Shown: positions 1 to 12,824 of the stretch, one piece after another | How the letters are laid out: every line of letters begins with the position of its first letter | Position numbering within the stretch: position 1 is the first letter of the stretch | Assembly (NCBI GenBank): GCA_002269645.1 | Contig: NIVC01003500.1 | Location: 1-64,000, forward strand | Direction of reading: 5' to 3' | From: Macrostomum lignano | Taxonomy: Eukaryota | Length of the DNA: 64,000 nucleotides | Notes under the pieces: generated by a model | Database searches by the model: none | What the model saw: only the letters and a program-made list of their open reading frames with translations | Told to the model about the DNA's origin: nothing | Program-made: the position numbers and the translations under genes

Positions 1-99
1 TTCTAATTGAGCTGGGGACTCAGGCTTGCTAGGGCAGCTAAGGACCTGATTAGTGCGAAGTTAGGACTTGGGTAACCTTCTAGATCTTAAAAAGGCGTT

Positions 100-540
100 T
101 TAATTCCTTGATGTGCCATTTCGGATTCTTGATGTGCCATTTCGGATCCTTGATGTGCCATTCTGATCCTAGATGTGCCATTTCGGATTTTGGATGTGCC
201 ATTTCGGATCTAGATGTGCCATTTCGTATCCTAGATGTGCCATTTTCGGATCCTAGCGTGCCATTTCGGATCCTAGATGTGCCATTTCGGATCCTATATG
301 TGCCATTTTGGATCTTAGATGTGCCATTTCTTATCCTAGATGTGGCCATTTCGGATCCTGGGCGTGCCATTTCGGATCCTAGATGTGCCATTTCGTATCC
401 TGGATGTGCCATTTCGGATCCTGGGTGTGCCATTTCGGATCCTAGATATGCCATTTTCGGATTCTGGGCGTGCCATTTCGGATCCTGGGTGTGCCATTTC
501 GGATCCTAGATATGCCATTTCGGATCCTGGGCGTGCCATT
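100..540. repeat. Minisatellite, ~20-21 bp unit (GTGCCATTTCGGATCCTAGAT)
   Basis: Directly visible tandem units; explains the spurious ORFs 80-582. Confidence 0.95.
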
Positions 541-994
541 TTGTATATTTTTTCCCAAGTCCGTCAACTATATAATTATTAGCTTCAAATAATTGAATAA
601 TCTTCAAATAATTAGCTTCAAAACCGATAATTTTGCTAGCGATTTTCCATAAGTTTAAAGCTTTGCTAAAGAAGACAGAGCCAACACTGTTTGAAGACTG
701 AAAGCTGAGCGACAAAGAACATTTGAGTGTTCTAAAAATTGCACTAAACTATAATTATAGATCATGTGTTCCTCTGCCCTGAAAGTCCCAGCAGTCTGGC
801 CTGTCCACCGGATGACTCACAGGCACTCACAGCCTGCTTGAAGGACATCCTCTTTGTCCGCTCTGCAGTTTGCGGGGGCGGTTTTACACTCTTCTGCTCT
901 TACAATGCTTTAGGCCGGGCTTGTGACTCACTGGGGCTCATGGAAATCTGGACTGTAGCTAGCTGGATTCTGGAATGATCACTATCTGAAAAGT

Positions 995-1375
995 GAGTTA
1001 GCCATCGGGTCTGTGATGGAGTGGCTTTGTTTCCAGATAGTTATGCTTGGATGTCCTTGAGTTAGCCATCGGGTTTGCAATGGAGTGACTTTGCTTCCAG
1101 ATAGTTATGCTTGGATGTCCTTGAGTTAGCCATCGGGTTTGCAATGGAGTGGCCTTGCTTCCAGATAATTATGCTTAGATGTCCTTGAGTTAGCCATCGG
1201 GTTTGCAATGGAGTGGCCTTGCTTCCAGATAGTTATGCTTAGATGTCCTTGAGTTAGCCATCGGGTTTGCAATGGAGTGACTTTGCTTCCAGATAGTTAT
1301 GCTTGGATGTCCTTGAGTTAGCCATCGGGTTTGCAATGGAGTGGCCTTGCTTCCAGATAGTTATGCTCAGATATC
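995..1375. repeat. Minisatellite, 64 bp unit x ~6
   Basis: GAGTTAGCCATCGGG recurs at 995, 1059 and onward. Confidence 0.95.
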
Positions 1376-3564
1376 CATGTTCTAGTCAGCTTAACCCAGT
1401 CCAGTTCCGCCTGAGGTTCACCAGTAAACAGTTTTGGAAGATGCGACCATAATTATCACGCTGAGAGTTATTTCTAACCAAGATCGATAGGTATATTTAT
1501 TAAATATTAATGCACATCGACAATGTATTGAAATTTCTATCAAGTTTTAACCAAAGTTTTGTATAACAATTTTTATTTCATGATTTTGAAACAAGCTCCC
1601 GTATTGAGAGTAGTTCTGGTGCAGCTAGTTTTGAGTTTTCATTCGTGTTTTTATTCTGTTCTGTTTTGTCCTACTGTTAACAAATTTTTGTCTCAACATT
1701 TAGCAACATTTTTGAAAATGCAAAATTTTTACCTGCTTACAAAACAGTTCATCTTACCTTGTACTGCGGCTCTCCATCAATATTGAGTATTTTGCGCATA
1801 AGCCGATGCTTGTAAAGTACGCTCACATGTCTATGGTAACTTGTACTTTTAGCTAATTATTACCTGTAATTATTATCAATTTTGTCCTTCCAAGCTCAGA
1901 CTGTTAATCTTCCCCGACAATTCTTCATCATGGAATAGTTTTCCCCAGTCTGAATGTCAATTTTTTGCATGCGCAATTGGATCTTTTTTTGAACTTGCGA
2001 GTTTTTGTGTCCTAAATTAATAATACTGCCTATTTATGCATCTGCGAACTTTTCTATGCAATTCACAAGTGGCAGCCTTTGGCATTCGCATTTTTATGCC
2101 TGCGTTTCTTTTCGCCGTCTGATGCTGGGTAAGCACTGCGCGGCTGCTGGGCTTGCTGATTATCCCCAAGCCTTGCTAATAAGCTTCAGGGGTTAGTCTG
2201 AACCCACATGTACCGGATTACGCACGCAGGGGGCACACACTATCACACATCATAAGAGATTCGGTACAATTGTTTCTATCTACTCATCTCTTCTCCAAGC
2301 TCCAATTCCAGACTGAACTTCAGCCTGAAAATCATTGAATTTCATTATTGGAACTTTCCAAAACCACAGGCAGGCATAAATTGTTGCACACGTCCGAATC
2401 GGCGTGCACTGCAGCCTGCAAATGCACGCACACCAGTGGTTTCAGTTTTCGCAAAGATAAACAAACGCGTGTCAGGTGCGAATCTGTAATCATAGCGCGC
2501 GACGCTTATTGTCGATCGGTACTTTGCGTGTAGCTGACGAGTTTCAGCTTGAATATAATCAATAAATGCATCCTGCACTGACGTTCTTCTGCATCGGGCT
2601 TGTCTACGCTCCGCTCAGACACACTTGCCAATTTGCAAGACCCCCTGACGCCATGTGACTGCAGTTGTAATTAGCAGTGCATCAGTGCTTCTGCACGAAG
2701 CTGGCAAGGCTTTGACCCAAGCAAGCAGCGCGCCTTCTCCATTCCTATGCAATAAGCACAGGCGGTCAGGCTGTAGGCATTTCCAGAGCGGCCGGGCGGG
2801 CGGTTAGCTGCTGGATTCTTCATCCTGCCTTTCGTCTGCGGATAATCCCCTGCCTATCTCCGTAGCCCTCAATGGGTTTCCTTGCTGCTGCATGCCATGC
2901 CATCGCTTGCTTGGGCATTCCTGCGCTGCATGTCCGCCTAAAGCGGCAGCCTTTGATGATGGAATCGCCCTCGCCTTGCCCCTCGCCGTGTCTGCAAAGA
3001 AGGCTCTGTGGGAAAGGCCGGTTGGGCTGCTGCTTTGCAAGATTTTGCATGCTCTGTGGACGGTCGAATGCGCAACGATCGAGCTTGGTCCACAATAGTT
3101 TGATGCTTATATACTGAAGAGATCCTGACTAGGAATGCCCGTCTGTTGTAAGATCTATTGGCCATTCGTGCCTAGACGTATTTATGAGGCAACTTGATCC
3201 TCCCCTCCCAGATTACGTGTTCGACATCCCTTCTTAGGCGTTAATCCGGACAGTCGCGAACCCTATCGAAATTGGTTGAGAGAAAGTCTGTCTGTTAAAG
3301 TCAGACTGCACATTTTTTCGAATCATTTTAATTTGTATTTTAGTACTACTATTAGTAGCTACATGTAGTAGCAGTAGTAGTAATTGAACGCAGAGGAATC
3401 AAATTAGAGCCCTAGAGCACAAGCGCTTGCAGAAAACCAAAGAGAGGCAAATGGGCCTCGCTAGCAAGGTGCAGGACGTGCAGATCGTCAATAAAAGTGT
3501 CAATGAGGGGCCGTCATGTTGCCGGCTCGTCCCTCTTGAGGTTGGCAACAACGGCTACCAGCGG

Positions 3565-3890
3565 GCGTGTCCGAGGAGTCCCCGTCTTTGCTGTCCGAGG
3601 AGTCCGTCTTTGCTGTCCGAGGAGTTCGTCCTTGCTGTCCGAGGAGTCCGTCTTTGCTGTCCGAGGAGTCCGTCTTTGCTGTCTGAGGAGTCCGTCTTTG
3701 CTGTCTGAGGAGTCCGTCTTTGCTGTCCGAGGAGTCCGTCTTTGCTGTCTGAGGAGTCCGTCTCTGCTGTCTGAGGAGTCCGTCTCTGCTGTCTGAGGAG
3801 TCCGTCTTTGCTGTCTGAGGAGTCAGTCTTTGCTGTCTGAGGAGTCCGTCTTTGCTGTCTGAGGAGTCCGTCTTTGCTGTCTGAGGAGTG
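3565..3890. repeat. Minisatellite, 22 bp unit (CTGTCTGAGGAGTCCGTCTTTG)
   Basis: Visible tandem units. Confidence 0.95.
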
Positions 3891-5024
3891 TCGCTCAGCG
3901 GTTGGATGCCGGGTTTCACCATCAGAGCGACAGCGGTGCATGGGTAGCGAATTTTGAGCAAGAAACGCAGCAGAGCCCTGCAGGCTGCATGTAAAGAGGT
4001 TACATGTACATGTATCCAATATCGTAAGGGTTAAGTAACATAGGGAAGGAGCTCAGGATATACATGTAGCTAGGGTAGATATTGTAGCAGAAAAATTACG
4101 AACTTGACTAGCTTAGGCATTTGGCAGCAACACACGGGGGGGGGTAAATTTTTAAGCTTTCGCCTCGAAGATTTTTCAATTTCTCCTCCCCGTTTCAGTC
4201 TTAACAACTCACTTTCCACACTCTGGTGCAGATTTGACCATGGACAGACACCCAGCGGTTCAAATCATCATGGCAACGACATTCAGACACTGACCGGTCA
4301 TTGTTGGAAAATTCCATCTTTACTTTGGGAAAAACGCAGCAATAATAAGATAGCTCGTACTAAAGACAGAACAAACATGTCCGAGGGTGCAAGCGCCTGA
4401 GTTCATCAACACCAACAACTTAAATATGAAGCAGCAACAATGCAATGGATTCTCTGGGCTTACTGTGTTTAATTGCATGTCGATCCCTCTCGCCTGTTGT
4501 ACCATTGCGACCGGCCAAGAGAATGGCCGGGTATTCGTTTGTTCCTCGTTTAGACAACTGAAATGAAGCCACTGTTCTGATCTAAACAGATCTAAATCAG
4601 CTTCCCGTAAATCACTCTGCAGTCCGCTCAGCTCCGTGATTCCATGCATAGCGGCTGAACACGATTTGCGTTTTGTCTTTCCTCTCATTGTCAATCTCTA
4701 TTCGATCGAATCGCTGAACTTGCGCAGGAAGTCGATGTCTGCATCTTGGTCGCTTTGACGCAACTCCTAGCTCCATGAATGCGGCTGTTTCATGCTTCCA
4801 GTAGCATTTGAAAACGGCAGGTCGTTCTAGGGAGATGCTCTGTTCCTAGATAGAGATGCGCGCGTATTTTTGAAGCAAGATCTTAGCGACCTCTTCTAGC
4901 CATAGATATTTGAAGCTACAGGCCTTCTGATGTTTCTATAAGCTATTAAGCTAAACTGAAATTAACCGACACCTTTGAGTTCCATTTTTAACAGACGAAA
5001 AAATTGAATAGCCAGGGCGGGGCC

Positions 5025-7363
5025 ATGTCGCACTCGATGCGCAGCTTCAACAGCAACACCTCCAACGGCAACTCCACGCTGCGCCGGATGGGCGGGCCCT
5101 CCTGGCTGCGCGGCACGCCGTCCAGCAGGTCGTCCAGCGGCAGTCGGGACACCTTGGCCGCGGCGCAGCCTCCGCCTCAGATGCAGCAGCAGCGAAAGTC
5201 CTTCAGACGCGCCTGGGAGGCTGAGCCCGACAGCTGGACGCAGTCAACTTCGGTCTATTCCCACCGGGCTGCGTCAATCAGCAGCCACCAGTCGGCCTTC
5301 GTCTTCCCCACCTGGACGGTGGGCAACGCGGTGAGCGACAGCGCCAGCACGGCCTCGTGCGGAGGTGGCAGCCGGCGCCTGGACACCAACTCGAACTGCT
5401 CGCAGGCGCCCGAAGATCGGCGCACCAGGAATCCGGAGCTGGACGATCAGCGCAATTTGAGCTCCGGCGGAGGCGCCAGGTGGGCAGAAGACGGCAGACA
5501 TCCGCCGCAGAGCCGCTACCAGGACTCGCGAGCTGCCTACTCACAGGAAGAGGCGCCAAGATATGCAGACAACCAGCGCAGTGGGTACCCGGACAGTCAG
5601 CAGCACTCGCGAGCCCCCTATCAACATGAGCAGGAGACAAAATGCGCAGACAACCAGCGTGGCAGGTATCCAGACAGCTGGCAGATCCGCTTCCAGGACT
5701 CGCGGCCTCCCTACCCGCCGGAACAGGAGCCAAGGTGCGCAGACAACCAGCGCAGCGGGTACCCGGACAGTCGGCCCAGCCGCTTCCAGGACTCGCGAGC
5801 TCCTTACCGACAGGAAGAGGAGCAAAGGTGCGCAGACAGGTACCCAGGTGGGGACCGGGCACCGGTCAGCCAGTATCCGACAGCAGCGCCACCCATGAAT
5901 TGCCGTCCGCCAGCCGCTGCTGTCCAGCAGGCACCGGTAAGGTCGACTCCAGTGCAGCCCGCGACGCAGCCTCCGCCACCTCCGCAGCCGCCGCCCCCAC
6001 AACAGCCGCAGCCGCCGCCGCCGCCGCCGCAGCCACAGCCACAGCCGCAGCCACAGCAACCGCAGCCGCAGCCGCACATTCCGCCCGGTGTTCAGGGCAA
6101 TCCGATGATGATGCCGCAGATGCCGCAGATGCAGCAGCTACCGGCTCAAGACCCTCAGCGGAATGCTCCAGCCCTTGCTGCATCGGGCTACCCGCCTCAA
6201 GGCCAGCACAGCCGGTTCGGCGCTTCCATGTTCGACGACCCGGTCGGCGAAGGTCAGGACGACGAGTTCGGGCCGCCGCCGCCAAACTTTAGCAACTTGG
6301 ACTCCGCCTGGCCGAACATGTCCGGCGGACTGGAGAACTGGCCGGCCAACATGGACAGCGGCTGGGTGGACCCCGTGGCCAACTTTGCCAAGATTGTCCA
6401 GCAGGACCCCGTGAATGACAAGGACGAGTGGGAGCTGCCTGAGAACTGGGGCGATCTGGACGTCCCACCAACTTATCCACAGAACATGATGCTGGACCCC
6501 GGCTTTGAAGGCAATGGCGGCTTCGGTTCCTTCAACAACTTCAATTCAGCCTTCATGGGTCGAGGCGGTGGTGTCGGCGGGGGCGGCGGCGGTGGAGGGG
6601 CGGCGGTGGGGGCGGTGGCGAAGGCGGCCTCGGCAGCGGCTTTGCTAGCGGCCTTGATGATGATCTAGACAATGGTCTCAGTAACGGAATCGGTAGTGGC
6701 CTTGGCAACGGCCTTGGCAACAGCCTTGGCAACGGTCTCAGTAACGGCCTCGGTAGGGGCCTTGGCAACGGCCTTGGCAACGGCCTTGGCAACGGCCTTG
6801 GAAACGGCCTTGGCAACGGCCTTGGCAACGGCCTTGGCAACGGCCTTGGCAACGGCCTTGGCAACGGCCTTGGCAACGGCCTCGGTAGTGGCCTTGGCAA
6901 CGGCCTTGGTAACGGCTTTGGCCACGGCCTTGGCAACGGCCTTGGCAACGGTCTTGGCAACGGCCTTCGCAACGGCCTTGGCAACGGTCTTGGCAACGGC
7001 TTTGGTAACGGCCCTGACAACGGCCTTGACAACGGATTTGGCAACGGCCTTAGCAACGGTTTCGGCAAAGGCCTTGGCAAAGGATTCAACAACGGCCTCG
7101 GCATGGACCTTCTCAATAACGGCCTCGGTAGAAGCAGACTGGGCGGAGGGCTGGGCAATGGTTTCGGCAGCCGAGGCCCTGGCCGTGGCGGCGGCAGCAA
7201 CAGAGGCGGCCCCTGCAGCGACTCAATGGACTTTGAACTGGACGGCCTGTGTCCGGCGAGGCAGAAGTCCGGCGCGGATTTCGGCGGCGCAGGGTTCGGT
7301 GGCAACTGGTGCTCGCAGATGGGCAGCTTTCAGCAGCAGGGAAGGAACTTCGGATTCATGTAG
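5025..7363 (+). CDS. Intronless low-complexity protein (~780 aa): S/R-rich, QRSGYPDS repeats, P/Q tract, Trp/acidic segment, GLGN repeats; one apparent frameshift
   Basis: ORF 5004-6668 (ATG 5025) continues after a frame change in the G-rich run near 6580-6610 into an open GLGN-repeat frame ending ...GRNFGFM* at 7363 (ORF 7103-7363 is its tail). Acceptor-like TTTTAACAG at 4986-4994. Confidence 0.55.
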
Positions 7364-8040
7364 CAGGCTTAGAAGTTTTTATTAATCGACTGAACAGCAT
7401 CTCGTGGGCGCGAACGAGCGTTTTGTTTAAATATTCGGTAAAATATACGAAGAGTGTCAACCCTCCCTAAAAGCGCCTGTACAATATTTTACAGAAAGCG
7501 AAATATTCAGCGTAAGCCAAATAAACTGATTTGCTTCATTTTCATGACACCTATTTTTTAGGACAAGCCCAACCCTACTTAGAGAGCAAATTAAAATTTT
7601 TCTATTTGGAGTTTCCAATGAAAGCTGAAAATTAAAAAATCCTGCTTATTTCAATCTCAGGTTATTAGCATAGTTTTCGATCAGTTGAAGCATCATGCAG
7701 CTAAGTTTAAGACAATATCCGATTTAGCCGATATCTTAACCAGAAATGAGAACTCTAAACTCGCCAGACCCTTGAGTTCACGGAAGACAAACTAGTTGAA
7801 TTGCCGCGGCGGAGATCGTACCAAAAAATGCGCGTAAAACGCGCGTAGCTTACGCGCGTACCTGTTGCTTGGGGAGTGCATTGAAACAACTGCAGTCTCC
7901 GCCAAACAAACGCTGAGTTGCGTAAGCGTTTCACCACCCGCCAGCCAGCCAAGCACACCTACCCCAGGCCTTCCATTGGCCATCTCCGCTGGCCCTTTTT
8001 ACGCCCTCCTATTCTTTTACATTACCGAGTATCTCCGCAG

Positions 8041-8265
8041 TGCAAGTGCGGCAGAGTTGCATAAACCCATACTGGCAAACCCAAACCGGCACGCTTGGTA
8101 CCGCCTGCCCTGCTCCCGGGACCGCGTCATCTGCTACGATTGCCGCATGTCCATCAGCGTCATGTCCTGCAAACTGTGCTACTCCAGCCAACACTCAGGC
8201 CAAGTTCCGCGCCAACAAGCTGCCCGTTGATGGCGCCGATGCGACTCGCGGCGACTGGCCGAACT
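8041..8265 (+). pseudogene. UBR-box-like zinc finger, broken by several 1-nt indels
   Basis: After acceptor CTCCGCAG (8040): CKCGRV ... RVICYDCRMSISVMSCKLCYSSQHSG(H)KF ... near-C-D-C-G-D-W (tgcgactcgcggcgactgg). Matches the zf-UBR pattern CGRV...CxxC...CxxC...HxGH...CDCGD only after correcting indels. Confidence 0.45.
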
Positions 8266-8269
8266 GATG

Positions 8270-8865
8270 TGGATCTGCTTGGTATCTGACAAGATCTGAT
8301 TGGAATCTGATAAGATCCGATTGGAATCTGACAATATCTGATTGGAATCTGACAAGATCTGATTGGAATCTAACAAGATCTGATTGGAATCTGATTGGAA
8401 GCTGACAAGATCTGATTAGAATCTGACAAGATCTGATTGTAATCTGATTGGAAGCTGACAAGATCTGATTGGAATCTGACAGGATCTGATTGGAATCTGA
8501 CAGGATCTGATTGGAATCTGACAAGATCTGATTGGAATCTGACAAGATCTGATTGTAATCTGATTGGAAGCTGACAAGATCTGATTGGAATCTGACAGGA
8601 TCTGATTGGAATCTGACAGGATCTGATTGGAATCTGACAAGATCTGATTGGAATCTGACAAGATCTGATTGTAATCTGATTGGAATCTGACAAGATCTGA
8701 TTGGAATCTGCGTGGAAGCTGACAAGATCTGATTAGAATCTGACAAGATCTGATTAGAATCTGACAAGATCTGATTAGAATCTGACAAGATCTGATTAGA
8801 ATCTGACAAGATCTGATTAGAATCTGACAAGATCTGATTGGAATCTGACAAGATCTGATTGACAT
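8270..8865. repeat. Minisatellite, 21 bp unit (GATTGGAATCTGACAAGATCT)
   Basis: Visible tandem units. Confidence 0.95.
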
Positions 8866-8979
8866 CTGCTGAAGATCATTAAACCCAAGCAGAATTTTAT
8901 CCATATCTATGCTCATTATACCATAGAGTATTTTCGGTTGCGATGCATCACACTCAAGCTCCATACGGGTTTCTTAGGA

Positions 8980-10535
8980 TCATAAGACGCCAGAACTGCC
9001 TCGGAAGAGAGTGCGAGTCTTAAGTTCCTGTTCATCTGACCAGACAAACTCCACGTCCTTTGGCTTAAGACACGTCAGAGGCTCAATCATGTCAGCCAGA
9101 TTCCGGATGAATCTTCCACTAAAGTTGATCAAACCAATCAGTGATTCCATTTCGGACAATGTTCTCGGGGCTGTCATGTTGCGTAGCGCTCGAACTTACT
9201 CACTGTCTGGTCGTTTATGGTTCCTGAGTCTAGGATGCAGCCCACCCTGCTCTTCATGATCTGGAACTTGTCCTCATTGACCTTTGAATTATGTCTAGCC
9301 AACCGCTCAGGGTTCTCCGTCTCTCTTAAAGTTCGAAGCTCGACTTGGTTGTAAAGGTCCAGAATGGAGCAAAACCTGCAACGACCACAGCGGAAAACGC
9401 CTCCTCTGGTGTTGGCGACGGGTAGCTATCATTTTTCAATTGGGGATTGACAGTCTGTTTGTAGTCCACACAGGCGAATCGCGTCTTTCGGCTTTTGCAC
9501 TAACACGATTGGTGATGCCAACTCGGAGAAGCTGACTGACTCTACTGTGCCTTCTTCCAGCAGGTCGTAAATTTCTTTTTTAGCTTATCTTTCAAAGCGA
9601 ATGGTGCTGGGCGAGCCTTGACGTACTTCTATTGGGCACCCTTCAAAAGCTGTGAAGTCGCTTGTTTTACACACATCTGCCGAGTGTCCGATGGTCACGC
9701 TTTTGATGTTGACGTTTACGACGTCTCTGCCAAGTAGCGCAAAATGGTGATTGGACTGAGCCACTTGAAATGTGGTTGAAAAACTTGCCCTTGCCAAACT
9801 ACAGTTGTCTTGAGTCCACCCATCATCTTGAATCTGTTTCCATCCGTGTAGCCGGATTAGTTCTCTGCAGCTTCGGCTTTCCACGAGCAGACCATTGCTT
9901 GCTCGACATCACGGAAAAGCAAAAGCGGCATGAAGCACATCTTGCAGATGTTCGACTTTTCACACTTTCTGCAGCTCTTTACATTTTCAGTGCAAACTGT
10001 CTTATCGTGCTGGCGACCCCCACAACGAGAAAATCGCTCGATCTGTGCTGCTCATTACCAACAGTTTAAGCTAGGAAGTTCTTTTCGTTACAGCCGCAAG
10101 TGTACTGGTCCCTTAGTCGTTCATTTCTGTTGATTAGTTTAAGGCTTACGCAGTCGTTAAGCAAAAATCCGCACCGAATCCGCACCGAAAATCGAAGCTC
10201 TCTGCCAGAACGCAGCTCATTGGTAGCAGAATCTCTTCCAGGGCTTCCGCCAATGCATCAAACGTCTTGGCGCTCGTCAAACTCGGCGCCATTTGGTCTG
10301 CCAGAGTATCGAGCAGTGTCGGAGACAGTCTCAGTCTCATCAGCAGTACTTCCGCTTTCTCGTCGCCCGACCACCTGTAGAAGCGCACGACAACAGCAAA
10401 TCGAACAAACCAGCGTTGAAAGTCTTTTTCATTCTCCAGTTTCTCGATGTCAGCCATGCTCGTTGCAGTCCTACCAATTGGTCTGGCAGCTCCATTGCTT
10501 GCATCAGCCCTTTTATCGTTGCGGTTCAAGGCCAC
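8980..10535 (-). mobile_element. Degenerate Ty3/Gypsy LTR-retrotransposon internal region (gag, protease, RT start, RT/RNaseH connection)
   Basis: Gag-like MADIEKLENEKDFQRWFVRF (10146-10535); protease end ALLGRD (~9740); RT start LEEGTVESVSFSELASPIVLVQKPKDAIRLC-DYK...NDSYP (~9420-9580, frameshifted); connection domain PRTLSEMESLIGLINFSGRFIRNLADMIEPL...FVWSDEQE (8980-9177). The RT core appears deleted. Confidence 0.8.
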
Positions 10536-10769
10536 TTTTCTAGCACAAGTTTGCTGCCACTGACTCCTCCAGTAGCCGGCGACTTCGGTGGTTGCGTGTC
10601 CTTGGCATCCTTGGAATGATTGTGACGCCTTTGTTGTATTACCGTTTTGCTCTGGTCTTTTGGTAGTTCTTCCTTTTGTATTTGACAGATCTGCTGCTTT
10701 TGCTTTAGCGATACCTGGCGAGACCTGTGCATCGCAACCAAAAAAACTATATGATAAAAGTAAATAAGC

Positions 10770-11000
10770 ATAAGAGCTGTTGAGAAGCGGTGCTGCCTGT
10801 CAGTTTGAGCCGGTCTCAGCTGAGCTGTTGAAAAGCGGTGCTGCCTGTCAGTTTGAGCCGGTCTCAGCTGAGCTGTTGAAAAGCGGTGCTGCCTGTCAGT
10901 TTGAGCCGGTCTCAGCTGAGCTGTTGAGATGGTGCTCAGGACTGCAGAGCAGCTTCAGAGTGCCACCTCATCGATGGACTCGCTGCCGTAAGGAGCCGTA
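10770..11000 (+). pseudogene. Relic fragment of the neighbouring PAN/Apple-type gene, with a 51-bp unit triplicated
   Basis: Three 51-bp tandem units (10770-10925), then GTGCCACCTCATCGATGGACTCGCTGC (~10960-10987), nearly identical to ~11804-11830 (CHLIDGLA) in the gene downstream. Confidence 0.45.
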
Positions 11001-11214
11001 ACTAACTCCTGCAGCAGCAGGTCCGAGAGAAGCTGCCTGTTTAGAGAGGCCCTCCAGCCGTCACTGCAGCTGGAGTGTTTTTTGTGTCAGCCTGACGATA
11101 CGAAAATTCACGTGAAATTGCAAGTCTTCAAGCACTTGTGAATAGCATCTTGCGCCAATCAATGGGGGCTGAGAGTCCGGATAACAGCTGCCAGTCAGCA
11201 TTTGCCTGCAGGTC

Positions 11215-11221
11215 TATAAAA
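11215..11221 (+). promoter_or_regulatory. Candidate TATA box
   Basis: TATAAAA ~50 bp upstream of ATG 11272; CCAAT near 11155. Confidence 0.4.
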
Positions 11222-11271
11222 TACTTGCAAATTTCTCACTGAAACTGCGCTGACTCAGGCAACTCACCGGG

Positions 11272-12561
11272 ATGCTCAGCAAACTGTTAAGTAAGTTTTA
11301 TCTGTTTAGACTTTGCTGGTTAAGTGAGACTGATGAGTGAGCCAATCTGTCTGGTGAATGTGAGTGACAGCCATATGAATGTGGATATGGATGTGCATAT
11401 TCTATGTACAAATCAGTAACTGTGATCTAAGTGCATGAAGTAGGCTATCTGCTGTCAATACAGTTTCAGCAACATCAGCGGCTCCATTTGTTACCCGCCG
11501 AAGATTTATACAGCTGAAAAGACAAAGCCAATTCAAAGCAAAATAAAAATAAAATCAAACCCGTTGCAAAATTTCAGAACTCTCTCTGCTTGCTCTTGTC
11601 TGTTGGGTTCAGATTGAGCAGTGCTCCGGCAGCTGGAATAAAATTGAGTTACGGCAGTGCCTGGCTGAGAATCTGGCAGTGGGGGCGACTCAGAATCCGA
11701 GAGGCATCATCGAGTGCCTTTACGAGGCTGGCTCGAGCGGCCTGCAGGTGGCCCAGTTCGACTCGGACACTCGCCAATGCTCGCTCTTCCAATGCACCGC
11801 AGTGTGCCACCTTATCGATGGACTCGCTGCTGCAGAGAGCTCGCAGCCCCGCCGCTGTGCCGCATTCGCCAATGCCAGAGCCGCCAAGTTCCTCACCTTG
11901 AGCAGGAAGCTCGTGCTGGGTGTGGGCTCGAAGCTGATGGCCGCCTGGGTGATGAGCGACGATGCGGACGCCAGCAGGAGCAACTTGGTGTGCGGCCAGA
12001 CGCAGCAGTGGATGTCGGAGAATGTGGAGTGGAGCAGCGAGGGAGCCAAGCTCGACGGAGTGTCGTCCAAGATGTGGCTGGAGAACGTGGAGTTCGCGAA
12101 CCTGCAGCAGGGACTCACGTGGCTGGTCAGGCTCAAGAGGGAGATCAAGGAAGCACCATTTCTTGAGACCTACGACTGCACCACTAAGAGCACTGGAGCC
12201 GCCTTCTGGGACGGCACACCAACTTTAAGAGGCCTGTACGGCTCCAGGGTCGAATTTTTCTTCTTACAGAACTGCACCGGAAACGAACTCGTTTGACCCG
12301 AACTCGTTCGTGGAAGTCGGCCTGACGTCAGCGTCTCTCTCGAGCCGAACATTTTTCTCTAATGGAGGCTTCGTGCCGCCAGGGCAGGTGACTGTGGCGG
12401 CCTCATATTCTGAATCAAGCATTCCCAACTGCACCTGCCTGAGACTCGGATTTAAACATGGCGACTCACGAGTGTTGAACGGCACGGTGCAGGCGGTGGC
12501 CGTCATAAACGATACGATGAGCGAGGCTGAGATCCGCAGCTTCTTCCACTTATTGAGATGA
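11272..12561 (+). CDS. Secreted protein: signal peptide + PAN/Apple-like Cys domain + LamG/concanavalin-like domain; one frameshift
   Basis: Exon 1 11272-11290 (ATG CTC AGC AAA CTG TTA A|gtaagt) joins exon 2 from 11578 (tttcag|) giving MLSKLLKLSLLALVCWVQIEQCSG. Then IECLYEA...QFDSDTRQCSL. Frame change in the T-tract ~12255-12265. C-terminus LNGTVQAVAVINDTMSEAEIRSF resembles the last strands of LamG_3. Confidence 0.6.
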
Positions 12562-12824
12562 ATCAGAAACGCTTCAATGTCAATGCAGTCTAACAATGAA
12601 CTGATACGAGTAACTATCACTATAGCCCTCCCTGACATCTTAAGCCTCTGTTGGTAGAAAGACGCTGAGATTTCTGATAAAATTGTAGCTGTGAGTTGTT
12701 GTTCTCATTTGCGTCCTACGTGTTGTATAAACTATTTTTAAATTGAAGCCTGAGAAGCTGAGTCAGCATGCCCACGAGTTGTTTAACGAGTTTGTTGCTC
12801 TTAAACTATCGACTGTTTAACCCC

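Noticed and set aside
2345-3165. Minus-strand ORFs including GDSIIKG (SGNH/LINE ORF1 esterase-like)
   Set aside because: Only one short motif; no further esterase or LINE motifs recognised.
4104-4800. Short ORFs with a faint TIR-like IVFSRY segment
   Set aside because: Too short and interrupted to support any domain.
6553-7385. Antisense LPRP ORF (6553-7305) and ATAL ORF (6672-7385)
   Set aside because: Shadow frames of the 12-bp GLGN coding repeat; only the GLGN frame connects to a non-repetitive tail.
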